A DNA stretch of 62,827 nt, counting the filler, from Sphacelaria rigidula (Eukaryota), in the NCBI GenBank assembly GCA_964200075.2. It is 10 parts of 10 records of this genome, joined end to end, with 100 filler letters (N's around TTAATTAATTAA, not from the genome) between each part and the next. Parts side by side here need not be neighbours in the genome. Positions count along the whole stretch, not along the records: positions 1 to 6,194 come from CAXNAA020021608.1; positions 6,295 to 12,488 come from CAXNAA020021609.1; positions 12,589 to 18,781 come from CAXNAA020021610.1; 7 more parts are not named here. One strand, written 5' to 3'. The notes under the pieces were generated by a model. The model worked only from the letters and a program-made list of their open reading frames with translations, ran no database searches and had not been told where the DNA came from. A program made the translations under genes and the position numbers. The number at the start of each line of letters is the position of its first letter. Positions within the stretch are counted from its first letter, which is position 1. Positions 1-12,711 of the stretch are shown in pieces.

Positions 1-1344
1 GGGGGTGGGAGTGCTGGGTTGCGGGGACTCATTTGTTGCTTGCCTTAGTCATTTGACCATTGACCACGCATCCCTTTCGAGACGGGGGGGGGAAAGGGAA
101 GGCGTAATCATTTGTTGCTTGCCTCAGTCGTTTGGCTGTTGACCACGCCTCCCTTTCGAGACGGAACACCGTTCCTACTCCTCGTAGAGACACCTCCAAC
201 ACTCAGGCGCTCATCAAGTGTCTTCCATACATTACACATAAACCCTTCACACATCTATCCCCTTCCTGTTTCGCCCTCTGTGGCTACCATTCATCTCCTA
301 GTATAGCAATCATTTTCTCGCTACTGTCTAAAGCATCAAACGATTTCATGCCACCTTAGTTTACTTCCCATATTTCCCCTCTGGCACTTCCCTTTCCTCC
401 TTGTATAGTTTACATTCTGCCACTCTATGAGCTCTACCTTCCATTGCTCCGCCATAGGGGCAACTCCATGCATCTACTTCCTTCGCCCGACTACTGTTAA
501 ACCCCTTCCGTCTTTCAGGCAGGCCCAGGTCCCCTACCCGAAATCGCACTTTCAATTTCTTCGCCTAGTTCATTGGGCCCGTGCATATATGTTTCCATCC
601 CTATCCCCTCTCCCGATCCTCCATGTATCTTCAGGTGTTCTTTTCGGTTCACTTTTCGTCGTAGCGCTTGTATATCCCATAATTTTATCAAGCATCTTAC
701 TGTTGTCTTGTATCCCCCACATTCATCTATGATAATATCTCGTCTTGATTTCCTCTCATCTCCTTTCATACTTGCTCGACTACTCTATCCCACCTTATTT
801 CAGCCTGCCCTCTCGTCATTTTCTTCCATACGACCCTATCAGCTATTGCTGGCAATCTCGCCCTTGGCATGCTTCCTGCGTTATAATACCGTTTCAACTT
901 TCTCGTGTCTCTATTTGTTTCAAGTGGGTACATTCCAAATTCTGCTCTCAATACCGTATTACTCGTTTTTGAGCATCCAAGTATTTTCTTCGCTGCTATC
1001 ATCTGTACTGTTTAGAGCTGCTTCACCGACTTCGGGTTCCCTTTCCATACTTCCCTCTTCAAGATTCGGTACACTCGCTTCCATCAGAATACACCTCACT
1101 CCTAGTATCTAGGTGCGAGTCTCTTCGGACCGCCTTCATCGTGCCTATATATGCCTTACCCACCTTTCCTAGTACTTCATGTGTGCATCCCAAGCAACAG
1201 TTTCTTTAGATCTCTACGCCAAGGTATGTCCAATGGTCTACGATCGGCAATTCTTCTTCTCCCCACTCCCATTTGAACTCTACCGGGTTCTTCTTATCTT
1301 AATTACATAATAGCACGGAGCATTTGTTTGCCTTTGCTGACCTC

Positions 1345-1842
1345 TCAGTTTTCTATTTGTTTCTGCAATCCTGCTGGTGTTTCTGATATCTCCACGAGTT
1401 CATCCGCGAATATCAATCCCGATACCATATCTTCCCCCATTCCTTGCTTTGATTTTTCTACTGCTACCATCACATCATTAATGAGTACTTCGAATAAAAG
1501 GGGTGATAACGTACATCCCTGTCCAACTCCTTGTAAAATATAAAAATATTTTGGTATTTCCACATCCAGCATCATAGCAATGGCACATTCTGTCGTCTTC
1601 ACCATTCTCCATATACTTCCTCTGTTCCCGTTCTCCCACATATTTTTCCATGGCGCACTTCTCCATGGTATGTGATAGGCCTTCTGTACGTCTATAAAGA
1701 AACAGTAGGTTGTTAGCCCCGAGTCTTTCCTACCTTGAATAATCTCACCCATTGTGTGAACATGGTCTGCGCAGCCACGGTTTGGTCTAAAACCTGCTTG
1801 CCCCCCGGTGAATTTTTCTTTGTTCTCCATCATCGTCCTCAC
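1345..1842 (-). pseudogene. LINE reverse transcriptase core fragment
   Basis: Motifs QAGFR, D-x-x-KAY and QGCTLSPLLF are present. The catalytic F/YADD is degenerate (FADE). Confidence 0.9.
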
Positions 1843-2973
1843 TGTGTAGTTCAGAATCTCACAGAACGTTTCGTCTGCTTACTAGTGTTATCCCTCTACT
1901 TGAAAAGTTTTATTACTGCTCCTTCTCTTAAAGCGCGACAATCAATCAATCAATCAATCTCTCCACCTCCTGGGTGTGAATTTGTTTTCCCATATCCAAT
2001 TATACAGCATGACCATCACAGTAATCATTTCCTCTCCCCCGTACTTCACAAATCCTTTCACTATGTCGTCTGCCCCAGCTGCCTTTCTGTTTTTGAATAT
2101 CCTTCCTAGCGCAGTCCATCTGCAATCATTTTGAACCAACACTTTACCGTTTTGACGCCTCTGCATTTGCCCATACCCACGCGTTGGTTTCTCTCGAATT
2201 CCCCGTCGGACCTCTTGTCAATTGTTGGTGTCCCTGGTTCTCGGTAGTGTTCTGGTGATACTTCTCTCTTCGTCCTCGAATTACCAACCATTTTACCGTT
2301 TTGCGCTCTGAGTGTGGCTATCTTCTTGTTCGCCTCTCCTGCCTGTTTGTCCGGTATTTCTTGTAAACCTACTAACATTTGCCTCATTTTCCCGTTATCC
2401 CATCTTACTCTTCTAGCTTAGCATACTCCTCCCACCCTACCGTAGTTTTACTCGATGTATATCCTGCGTGGACCTCTCTCCTCACTCTTATGGCCTCTTT
2501 TACTTCCCCACCCCACCATTCTACTGCTCGGTTGTATACGATCAGCTTTTTCCCCACGACTTTGCTTGCTGCGGTCTTGACCAATTGCCCCCATCCTTCC
2601 ATAATCTTCGCTCCTACCAGATTCCTTCCCACTCTGGTATTGACTTCACCTACACTTTCCATCAGCTCGGAATGTCCCACTGTATTTCTGGTCATCTCTT
2701 CTTGGGACTCTTGCTGTTTTTATTTCATTTCTAGTTTATCTATTCCCCATCTGTACAGCTTCTTACCCCGCCTACTATTTATAATTGTCGTCCTTTGGCT
2801 GCCTGTACATGTTGGGCAATGATCAATAGTTCCCACATCCGCGGCGCATACATATACTTCCGTTTCCACACTACTTCCATATTCTACTACGGTATAGTAA
2901 AGAACGGAGCTCTCTATATTTTGTATGCATTGCCTAGTCCATGTCTATTTGCCGATCTGGCCTTTTTACTCTA

Positions 2974-3521
2974 CAGTAGCGAGCGGTCTGACTATTTAGG
3001 GGGTGTTTTGGGGTTTCCCTCGCGCACTACTCTTCAATAGAACTCGAAATTGCTAGCGTCGGTAGATTTTAGTATAAAAAAACATATCATCTTCGAAAGA
3101 CAGTGCCCAAGTCAGTGTAAGTTGGTGTTATCGGGCAAAACGAGTAAATTCCTCATTCATCAGGAGGGTGTTATTGACCGTGAAACAGTTTTTCGGCCTG
3201 AGTGCATTGAGTAGGCATGATTTCAAAAAATAAAACTGTACATTTCTTCAAAAATATGATCAGGACGGGCTCGATCGACCGAAAATACAGAAGAGTAAGA
3301 ACCTGGGCTGAAACGTGGCAGGACCCCCGATGACCGGTCATCCCGTAAGTCACTCAATAGTGAGAACATATTATTTTTCTTCTTGGAATGTGAAGCGGGT
3401 ACCAATATCTTCAGATCCCCGATGTGATAAGGGGTGGCAAGCGAAAAAAGCCCAAGGAAATCGCCAATTACGAAAAAATCACCAAATGCCAAAAAACGAA
3501 TAGTTAGACCGCCCACTGTTG
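2974..3521. mobile_element. Tc1/mariner-type MITE with TA target duplication, inserted in the LINE
   Basis: Imperfect TIRs cagtagcgagcggtctgactatt and aatagttagaccgcccactgttg are flanked by TA at 2972-2973 and 3522-3523. Removing the element rejoins the LINE endonuclease region. A second copy lies at 60767-61306. Confidence 0.8.
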
Positions 3522-4461
3522 TATTGTTAAACTCTCTTCATCTCGGCATTCTTAAGGAATTCGATATATCTACCCCCGTTCGTATTCTTCTTCTCTTCCC
3601 CGTATTGCCCAATTATATCATCCATTTGACTTGCTTTTCCAGCCCTTGCATCAAAATCTCCCACTAACATTACTTCTCCTCGCCTGTTATACTTCTGTAC
3701 ACCTGCTATCTCTCCGAATTTCCTCTGAATAAATTTGACCCTACTCTTCGACCCTGGGGGCATACATGGATATTTCCCAAGAAAAACTCGTTCGTTGCCC
3801 GCTCTCTTGGTACCCGTATCCACATGTTCACGTCGGATCATGTGTCACGTCCATCACGTCAGACTGGTATTTCTTGACGAAGAATCCTACTCCCCCTGCC
3901 CCCCCCCATTCTCGTTTCCCTGTCTCTTCCTCTCTTTTCCTATTCATGCGTACTCTTCGACTTTGCATCCTATTTCTCGCACCCGTGTTTCTCCCATGAC
4001 TCTTGGATTCCCATTGTATCTAGGTCGTACTTGCTTACTTGTTCAATTATTTCCATTCGTTTGCGCTCTCCCGTAGGGAATCCGCACACGCTCCACGATC
4101 CTATTCTCAACTTTTTGGAATCACTCTTCACTTTCCTCTTGCTTCTAAATTGATTTCTCTTGCCTCAGTCTTAATTGCGCTTTTTGCTTTGCTCCCTTGT
4201 CTGTTCGCTCTAGGCCACTATTTCCCCCCGCCTTTCCCTTCAGGACATTTACTTGTTCCTGCTTCCTCTTTCCTCCGTTTACTCGAGGGCTACGTCTAAG
4301 GTTCACTAGTCCGTTCACTATACACAATCTCCATCTCACCCTTCTCATCCATGCCGACAATCATCGCATTTCCTCTCCATTCTCGTCATATCGACTCCAA
4401 ATACCAGAACTAGCGGTACCTTACCCCTCCACTTCCCTGTTTTTCAATCTACCCTTACTTA

Positions 4462-4497
<36 letters not shown>

Positions 4498-5259
4498 ATC
4501 TCTTTCGAGAGTATTTTCAGCTTGTTGAAATGCCTCCAACAGGGGCTCGTAGCCTGAAGCCCAGTTCAACTCGCTTGACACAAATACTCAACGTTTGTAT
4601 CTGGCGATCTTTATGGTAAACCATCCAGGAGTGCCACGATCGTACCTCCTACCTTTTTGCCCCACTGGTACACTGGTTTCTTCCCTTCAGGAAGGTCATT
4701 TTCACCCTGTAAGGTTCAAGGACGGCTGGTATAAGACAAACTCCTACTCACACATCGGGATGTCCCGTACATCATTACTTCCTCCCATTCCATGTACGGT
4801 TCCCCGTGGGCCATTGCTTCACTGTTGCTCCCCAGTGATCTTCGCTGCCGAAAACTTGGCCAACGATGAATTACCCCACGTTTTTGTACCGGATTCTATC
4901 CTTCAAGATCTTAAGATATCGATGTAGTGCGCTTGGTGCTCCTCGCTTTCGGTCATGTGGTCGGTCTTAGGCAAGGTGTTTGTTTATGAGTGTAGTAGGT
5001 CTTCATGTTTATGTCATGCATCATTCACCCCTTCCCTTCTCTTCACTTGACGCCTGTGCACTCAATATTGGGTATTTCAAAGATAGTTCCTGACCAGATT
5101 ACAACAGGCCAAATGGAAATCCGTACAGTGTTCCGAGCATTTCAGCACGAGATTCAATCTTTGTGTGAATTTAACATGTCGGGAGGACCTTACTCTATCT
5201 GCACGAGATAATCATTTTCTCTATATTCGATTTGCATGTAAGGAAGCCAAACCTTCAAG

Positions 5260-5620
5260 CTATACGTACATGTCTGGGTTTTGGTCTGTCTCATGCCCTA
5301 CCTTGGTTGGATATGAGGGAAAAAATCTCGATTTCCTGTTTTGGTATGGGGAAAAAAAGGGTTCGTTCTGTTATTTCATGTCTACATCCGGCCTGTGTTC
5401 TGGTTTGTGCAAGGAAGAAAATGGTTAGCTTCTGCATTTCATGTCTCTTACCTGGTCTGTGTTCTGGCGATGCAAAGAAAAAAATGGTTTAGATTCGTTA
5501 TTCCATGTCTATACCCGGTCTATGTTCTAGCTACTTCCAAGTAAAGAGTTGTCAGCTTCGTTGCTTCATGCTCATGTCCGGGCTGTGTCTTGATAATGCA
5601 AATAAAAATGGATAGCTCAG
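5260..5620. repeat. Degenerate tandem repeat of about 60 bp, 5-6 copies
   Basis: Recurring unit resembling ttcatgtct..acc.ggtctgtgttctgg..atgcaa..aaaaatggttagct. Confidence 0.65.
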
Positions 5621-6026
5621 TAGATGAAAATATCGAGGAAAAATGACGGCCATCTACTGCAAGTATTTACCCCTCTCCCCTGCCCTTGCGCTGCCTACAC
5701 CTGACCCCAAAAATGACACCGGCAACACCCAAACACTCGACAGTGCACGACCTCCTCGCCGCTTCAGAGGGATAAATCAACTCCCGATCGTTTTCTTCAC
5801 TTCGCGATTCATCAGAACCCTACTTATTTCGAACATTTTTCGGAAAGGGAAAAATAAAGTGGTTTGTTGTCAACCCACCAAAACAAACCGAACCGCGCCT
5901 CTGACAAAAAGCACTCGGTCGAGGGGGGGGAAATGTGATATTCTGGCGGCTTTTTTTTCTTCCATGGGTAGTGTCGGTATGCACCGGACAGTGATGTCGT
6001 GACAGCCTCTCCCTAGGAGAGTACAC

Positions 6027-6194
6027 CCATTAGGCAGTATGTAAGCCGTGGCTGTTTCTGGAAGTGGCGATAGCAGAAAAATGAAGAAACTCATTAGAGG
6101 CTGTCACCCAAATGCAAGATAACCAGTACGCTTCGGGCCGAAGAATCTTAGCAGGATGCAGCTCACCCTTCATGCGACTCGCCGAACACACCAC
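6027..6194 (+). repeat. Interspersed repeat family A (about 300 bp, SINE-like), cut by the contig end
   Basis: Matches 35078-35375 (+), 38770-39074 (-) and 43881-43951. 3' parts also occur at 18882-18965 and 44052-44110. Confidence 0.8.
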
Positions 6195-6294
6195 NNNNNN
6201 NNNNNNNNNNNNNNNNNNNNNNNNNNNNNNNNNNNNNNTTAATTAATTAANNNNNNNNNNNNNNNNNNNNNNNNNNNNNNNNNNNNNNNNNNNN
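6195..6294. other. Artificial contig linker N44-TTAATTAATTAA-N44
   Basis: An identical 100-bp spacer with stops in all six frames recurs every ~6.29 kb, at 12489, 18782, 25075, 31368, 37660, 43952, 50244 and 56536. Confidence 0.97.
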
Positions 6295-6304
6295 GTTGTT
6301 GTTG

Positions 6305-6365
<61 letters not shown>

Positions 6366-6513
6366 GATTATGATGATTATTATTATTATTATCATGATTA
6401 TTATTATCCTTATTCTTATTCTTCTTCTTATTATTATTATTATCCTTATTCTTCTTCTTCTTCTTCTTCTTATTATTATTATTATGATTATTCTTATTAT
6501 TATGATTATGATG

Positions 6514-6545
<32 letters not shown>

Positions 6546-7283
6546 AATTATTATTATTATGATTATTATTATTATGATTATGATTATTATTATTATGATT
6601 ATTATGATTATTATGATCATGATTATGATTATGATTATTATGGTTATTATGGTTATCATGATTATTATGATTATGATTATGATTATGATTATGAATATGA
6701 TTATTGATTTACGTCATTATGATTGTGATTATTATGATTATTATGATTATTATGATTATGATGATTATGGTTATGATGATTATGATGGTTATGATGATGA
6801 TGATTATTATTATTTTTATTATTTTTATTATTATGATTATTATGATTATGATTATGATTATGATTATCGATTTACGTCATTATGATTGTGATTATTATGA
6901 TTATGATTATGATGATTATGATGATTATGATGGTTATGATGATTATGATTATTATTATTTTTATTATTATGATTATTATGATTATTAATATGATTATTGT
7001 GATTATTATTATTATGACTATTATTAATATGATCATTATTATTATGATTATTTTTATTATGATTATGATTATTATTATTATGATTATGATTATGATTATG
7101 ATTATGATTATGATTATTATTATTATTATTATTTTTTATCATGATTATTATTATGATTATTTTGATTATTATGATTATTTTGATTTTTTTGATGATTATG
7201 ATTACTATGATTATGATTATTATTATTGCTACCATTATTACTATTATTATGATTATTATTAATATTTTTATTATTATTATTAC

Positions 7284-7335
<52 letters not shown>

Positions 7336-7482
7336 TTTAATGTTATGATTATTGTTACTATGATTACTATTTGCACTATTTGTACTTTTTCTACATTTCG
7401 TATCATTATTGGTATTTATTGTTATTATTATTGTTAATATTATTGTTGTTGTTGTTCTTCTTATCATTATTATTATTATTAT
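6295..7482. repeat. Compound (ATT)n/(ATGATT)n microsatellite, about 1.2 kb
   Basis: Direct reading. The poly-Ile, poly-Asn and poly-Tyr-Asp ORFs here are artefacts of the repeat. Confidence 0.97.
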
Positions 7483-7886
7483 CGTGAACTAAGCTTCGCT
7501 AGGGGTGAGGCAGTAGACTTACGGGTCCCGAAGAAGAACGCTGTCGTACCCTGCTGCCGAAGGATCTCCAGAGCGAGGCGTAATTCTCCTTCTTGTCATC
7601 TGGGCAAGGATGCGACCGTGGTCAAGGGTAGGCTACAAGAACGAGTGAACGGGTCGGTACCGCGTACCGGTCCGTTGTCAACCAGGATTCATGCGGTGAC
7701 TCTTGTTATACTAAGTTCTTACACCGTAGATCCCGTTGCCTAGGTTCGCTAAAGATCCTGTTTCACAGGTTTGAACGTTTCGAGTCCGCTCATGTGTGTC
7801 ACTGGCGGGCTCCGTTCCTGAGACTGTTTCTCCGGCTCACATGTGTATATGGATGTCATTACGCTCATACATATGTGGTCTCCACA
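7483..7886 (-). repeat. 3' LTR of the Gypsy element (about 404 bp)
   Basis: Starts TGTGGAGACC on the minus strand right after the PPT. 7484-7610 is identical to 12362-12488. Confidence 0.88.
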
Positions 7887-10800
7887 TCACCCCCCCTTTT
7901 GATGCGCCTTAAGTCTCTCTATTCGAGGGACTGAGGCGATCATTCATGAAGAGAATGATAACAACGTGGATTCCTCATTGTATGTGTGTTATGATACCAT
8001 TATACTGGCCTGTGTGGGAACGTGTCATATCCTCTTTACTGTCGTGTTGAGTAAACACAAGACGGTAAATTTTATCGACGTTCGTATCCAGGTTCAGGTG
8101 ATCAGCATACTTGTGTCGGCGGTTGGTGACTTGGTCACTTGATCGCGGCATCTGTGAAAGCTGTGTGATCAGTACAGATTGCGATGCCCCCATAGATGCT
8201 GATTTATGGGCGATTCAGTGGAAAACCCTGGGTTTTCGCATGAGAGTGGGTTGCCGTCCCGCGTTTCGCTTGGACCTTTAACCCGTGGTGATTACCGTAT
8301 GATATGATAGTACTTGCGTCTGGGGAAGACAAATATCAAGACAAAACGAGAACGGTGGCTATTATTTGCATGTCTGGAGTGGTGTACTTCCAAGGTTAGC
8401 AAAGTTTCAACGGCCATCCTCGCCAGCAATACCTCTATTTTGCTGGTACGAGCTCAGACCTTTGGGTCGAGTCTCTCTGCACCGCTGGTGTCCTTGTGGT
8501 CGCGGTGACCATGGCATCAATCCTGTTTTTTCTTGATTTTATACCGAACGCGTCTGCATGTAGTGAGGAAATTTCCCTGCACGTGCACATTACAGGGCAT
8601 TGGTCTCTATGGAAACTTGGGGTCGGCTGGAACAGTTACACTAACCCGTTTTCATTTTCTCGTGTTATGAGAGGGCGGATCTGGTGGAGGCGCGCTGATC
8701 AGTTTTGCTTGATTCTATACGCGTATAAGATGTTGACACAGGGGTACTTCGTCCGCTCGATACTCCAGGTCAGCCGATGAGTCGTAACCTTTGAGTTTGA
8801 GGTGATATTTGTATTTGAGGTCACCTTTTCTCCCTGAGTTTTGTTGATGTCCCACCCCTTGTCAACGGTGTAGCATTCAATTTCTTTCGGTTGTGCTACA
8901 TCTTGGTGGTTATCCTGTGGGGAAGGCACTATTTTCTCTAAGAAAAATTCAGCAAGGCGATCGAAATTGGGTGCCGTTGCTGTCTTCTGTGGGTAGTATT
9001 TTTTTCGAGTGAGCCAAGTGTACGGACGTTTGATTTACGGCGTTGCTTAGCTTTACTTTGTATACTAGTGGCGATACTTCGGCACAGATAACGCCATTTG
9101 CACGTGTGGTTGCCTAGTTGTCTTGTCTGACTGAACTGCGCATTGCCAGCATAGTGTGTAGATTTGAGTGTACCCGCTCTGAAACTTCGTTGCCATGGAG
9201 GTGTGAACGGAGTCGTGCGGGTTTTCTCAGTTCATGGCAGTGTCTGTAGCTGGTAAATCACCCGGTTCTCAAGCTCTTTGCCTTGAGTGATCAGAGTCAA
9301 CGTTTCCGGATATCGAATGTTGTATGAACTCTGTCAACCATTATCTGCGCTTTTTCCGGTTTCCGGGTGAGGCACGCTGCTTGCAGGGCCTTGAATATTT
9401 CCTCAAATAGAGTCAGGTGGCTTTCCTACAAAAAAGAACACGCGATTAAATAGTTCATGTACACCTGGAGGCCGCTTTTCCGGTCCAAAATGGGAGAAAG
9501 TGAGAGCCATTACTCGTGAGAAGATAAACGGGAGTAGCGCTAATCCGAGTGGGAGGCGGCTGAATACCCATCTACCTTTACTTGTGACGGAGGCTATCAT
9601 CTCCTTTTCTTCTTCCGCTAGAGGGGTTGGGTGAAAAGCACTCTGCACATCAGAGACAGAAATTATTTTGCTCCCGCCACCGTGTCAAGGAGGTTTCATG
9701 TGAGGCATCGGCCATGACTTACGAACCAGACTTTTGTTGAGTGTAGATCTGTAGTCTACGCAAAATCGAGTGTGCTCGATGACCGTCTCTTTCTATTTCG
9801 TGTACACATTTGTTGATGACCTCTTGTGCCCTTGGGTTGGCCCTCTATGGCTGTCTCACAACTCGTTGTGTACCTGCTGGAGTGGCGTTTGGCTCCACTT
9901 GTCGTGTAGCTTCCTAACTCCCGTTATGAAATCGAAAAGACTGTCCGGTTTTCGTGTACAGGTCGAGGACTTGGGCCTCTGTTCCTGCGAAAAATGTGCG
10001 GCTTTGCAAAGATTGAGATAAAAAGTTAATCGCGCTTCTTATGATCCATCACAGCGATGACGTATTTACAAGCAATCAGCTGAGGATTTCGTTTCGTATA
10101 CACACTTGTCGATGACTTATTGTACCCTTGGTTGGCCCTGTAGGGTTGTCTGTCAACTCGCTGTGTAACCTGTTGGAGTGGACATTTACCTTCACTCATC
10201 GTTCAGCATCCTAATCCCTGCGGTGAACACGAAAAGATTGTCCGGTATGAAGTACACAGATTGAGGACTTTGGTCTCTCTGTTCCTGCGACTTGATTTCA
10301 GCAACTGCACTGCCTGTGTTCGTATTTCACTGTTCGGACCTCTCTCTGATGGAAGAGTAGTGTATCCTAACAAGAGTATTTTTGCTCAATACGAATGTGC
10401 CTGCTGGATGGATTGGCGACCTGAACCATAGCCGTCTTTACCGTTGACCATGTACAAATTGCGTGCCACGATCAGACGTTTGAAACTGATGGTATGTCTA
10501 ACGATTGAACGCCCTGTTCCGTGACTACGCGCGGCTCAATTAACGCAGTGAATGTTACTTCAGGAGGCTCATCCGAGTCGACATGAAGAGCCATCTCACT
10601 TTGCGGAGGAACATCACATTTGTTTTTTGAGATATACTGGGACAAGTTGCGCCGCAGATTTGCTGTGCTCGTTCCGTCTCTTGTATATAGCTTTGATACT
10701 AACATATAATGTCTGAGCGGTAATGTCTCAGCTTCCCAGTCCAAAATGCCTCCAAACGCTCTTATCAGTGAATAATTAATCAGCATGTGGCCGGGGCCTA

Positions 10801-12318
10801 GATCTCGTAAAACCAATGCTTCGACCGGTAGGGTTTTCTCCCTAACGTGAGGTCGAGACGAATGAAACCCGCTACTTCGATGGGTGAGTTGTCTGCGCTT
10901 CTAAGAGTCAAAGATCCGCTTGGGACAGGTTTTATGTCCGCCGTATTCAAAGTAGGATACGAACGCATAAACTTTAAGCTAGTGATAGGTAAGTCGGATG
11001 AAACTATGGTCAGAGCTTCCACCGCACTATAATTTACTCTAGCTGGTACTTGGACTCTTACTGAGGCTGGATGTATCGTGACGAGTCCTTTCGGGTATCT
11101 TGCCAACGAAGACATGTAAAAAGCCATGAACGCCTGAGCGTCGGAAGTCAGAAATTTTGATCGGTGTTTTGCATTGATTATACATGACGGTTAAGCTATG
11201 AAAGCTACTTGCGGAACACTCTCCAAATACTAAGGCTGGTTACTCTGCACCATGTTTTTCGACTTGTGTTGCTCACTCTGAGCTTCTGCTTGATTGTGTC
11301 ATGTACTTTCTCTATCTCCTGTGAGACTTCGCACACGATCCCACTGAAGAGGCAATCGTATGACAAGCAAATCACTTTTTCCTGCTGAACGGTAATTGTT
11401 CCAGTCAAAGATGCAGACTTATCCAGGTGCTACATCAAACTAGAACGTGACCGAATCATCTTTTGGAGGGAGAATGAGCAGTTCCGATTAGCAAACATCA
11501 GACACATGTGTCACATGGTATGAAACGTTACCGATCCCTTGGGGTTCTGCGCGAAATGCCGCATGGTGCCCTTGATGAGTCTCCCCAGTTTTGGACCCGT
11601 GTCCGGTGTAACGCTTTCCGACGGATGTAACAAAGGGTGCTCAGAAATAAACTCCGAGTACGGAGGCTTGTGATAATACAACCGCACTCCTTTATTTTAG
11701 ACCTGTGCTGCTCTTGTTCAGCATATGCTTTCTCCTAGTCTGTACTTTCACACACAACTGGGACTGTTTTGGTGCCTAACCAGAGCAGTCACTGAACTGA
11801 CTAGAAACTTCGCTTCTCTTATGCATATTTAACCGGAGGGTTGGTACTTTTCTTCCATTGCATGCGCTCTGAGACGCGAAAGAATGAACTATCTGCCGTT
11901 TGCAACTCCTGTCAACTTGCGAGCTGAGAGTCGGCACGACCGTCCAATACACCCTTCTTTCGCTTGCTACATGTCAGCTATGACAAGGTGGTGCATTCGC
12001 AGGTTGGGTGGAATTTTGTTTGTGCGATCTCGAGTCACCGTGTTCCCAGGGGTCGGTCTGCTTGATTGACAGCCGTGCCTCTTGCACTATGGTGTTCGGA
12101 GGTGGGTTGAAAGGTGCGGCTTCGCTCTTTGACTAGCCTTACTGGTGACATATAATGCACACTGGAGGCTAATTTTGCGTTTCGCTGGCTCCTACAACCC
12201 TCTCACTCGAATAACTGTGCACAAATGACCCATACGTTTCACCTGCTGAAGCGTTCCTCGGTTCCTTTTGTATCGGATGGTGTCGCCGGTGCTAAGGCAG
12301 TATGCTCCGCACGTCAAA

Positions 12319-12359
12319 GTGCTCTGCACGCGTAGATTCAAATCACTTCGTTGACGCCA
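12319..12359 (-). other. Primer-binding site with extended complementarity to the 3' half of a tRNA-Ser
   Basis: The plus strand reads gtgctctgcac-gcgtagattcaaatc-acttcgttgac-g-cca, i.e. variable arm, T-loop-like segment, acceptor strand, G discriminator and CCA. It ends one base from the LTR. Confidence 0.7.
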
Positions 12360-12360
12360 T

Positions 12361-12488
12361 TGTGAACTAAGCTTCGCTAGGGGTGAGGCAGTAGACTTAC
12401 GGGTCCCGAAGAAGAACGCTGTCGTACCCTGCTGCCGAAGGATCTCCAGAGCGAGGCGTAATTCTCCTTCTTGTCATCTGGGCAAGGA
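12361..12488 (-). repeat. 5' LTR of the Gypsy element (partial)
   Basis: Matches 7483-7610 except for the terminal base. Ends in CA on the minus strand next to the PBS. Confidence 0.88.
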
Positions 12489-12711
12489 NNNNNNNNNNNN
12501 NNNNNNNNNNNNNNNNNNNNNNNNNNNNNNNNTTAATTAATTAANNNNNNNNNNNNNNNNNNNNNNNNNNNNNNNNNNNNNNNNNNNNGACGGGCTGCGG
12601 AAATATTCCGCTGACCCAGGTCGCTTTCGACGGACTCATTGGATCTCTTCTGCTGGGAATCCGTGCCACCCACTCGCAACCCCTCTTGCACTCTTTTTCA
12701 TGTTATACCAG

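Larger units (their letters stand above)
190..4420 (-). mobile_element. Degenerate non-LTR retrotransposon (LINE): APE endonuclease and reverse transcriptase remnants
   Basis: Minus-strand fragments lie in LINE ORF2 order. 3527..3841 has an APE-like motif (VMLVGDFDAR). 1954..2166 reads KNRKAAGADDI...LYNWIWEN..P..WR. 1345..1842 is the RT core (QAGFRPNRGCADH, FIDVQKAY, GVGQGCTLSPLLF, LIFADELV). 766..1002 is the post-RT region (AAKKILGCSKTSNTVLRAEFGMYPL). Many stops and frameshifts; ends are approximate. Confidence 0.9.
7483..12488 (-). mobile_element. Degenerate Ty3/Gypsy LTR retrotransposon
   Basis: Direct repeats at 7483-7886 and 12361-12488, the latter cut by the contig end. On the minus strand a PBS (TGGCGTCAACG...) follows the 5' LTR and a PPT (AAAAGGGGGGGTGA) precedes TG of the 3' LTR. 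A protease-like remnant lies at 10798..11127 (ADNSPIEVAGFIRLDLTLG) and an RT remnant at 9403..9648 (SAFH..PLAEEEKEMIASVT..GRWVFSRLPLGL...PFIFSRVM). Confidence 0.9.

Noticed and set aside
6243..7467. Poly-Ile, Asn and Asp-Tyr ORFs
   Set aside because: They are translations of an ATT/ATG microsatellite.
12280..12359. Functional tRNA-Ser gene
   Set aside because: The 5' half and T-stem are degenerate, CCA is encoded, and it abuts an LTR, so it is interpreted as a PBS.
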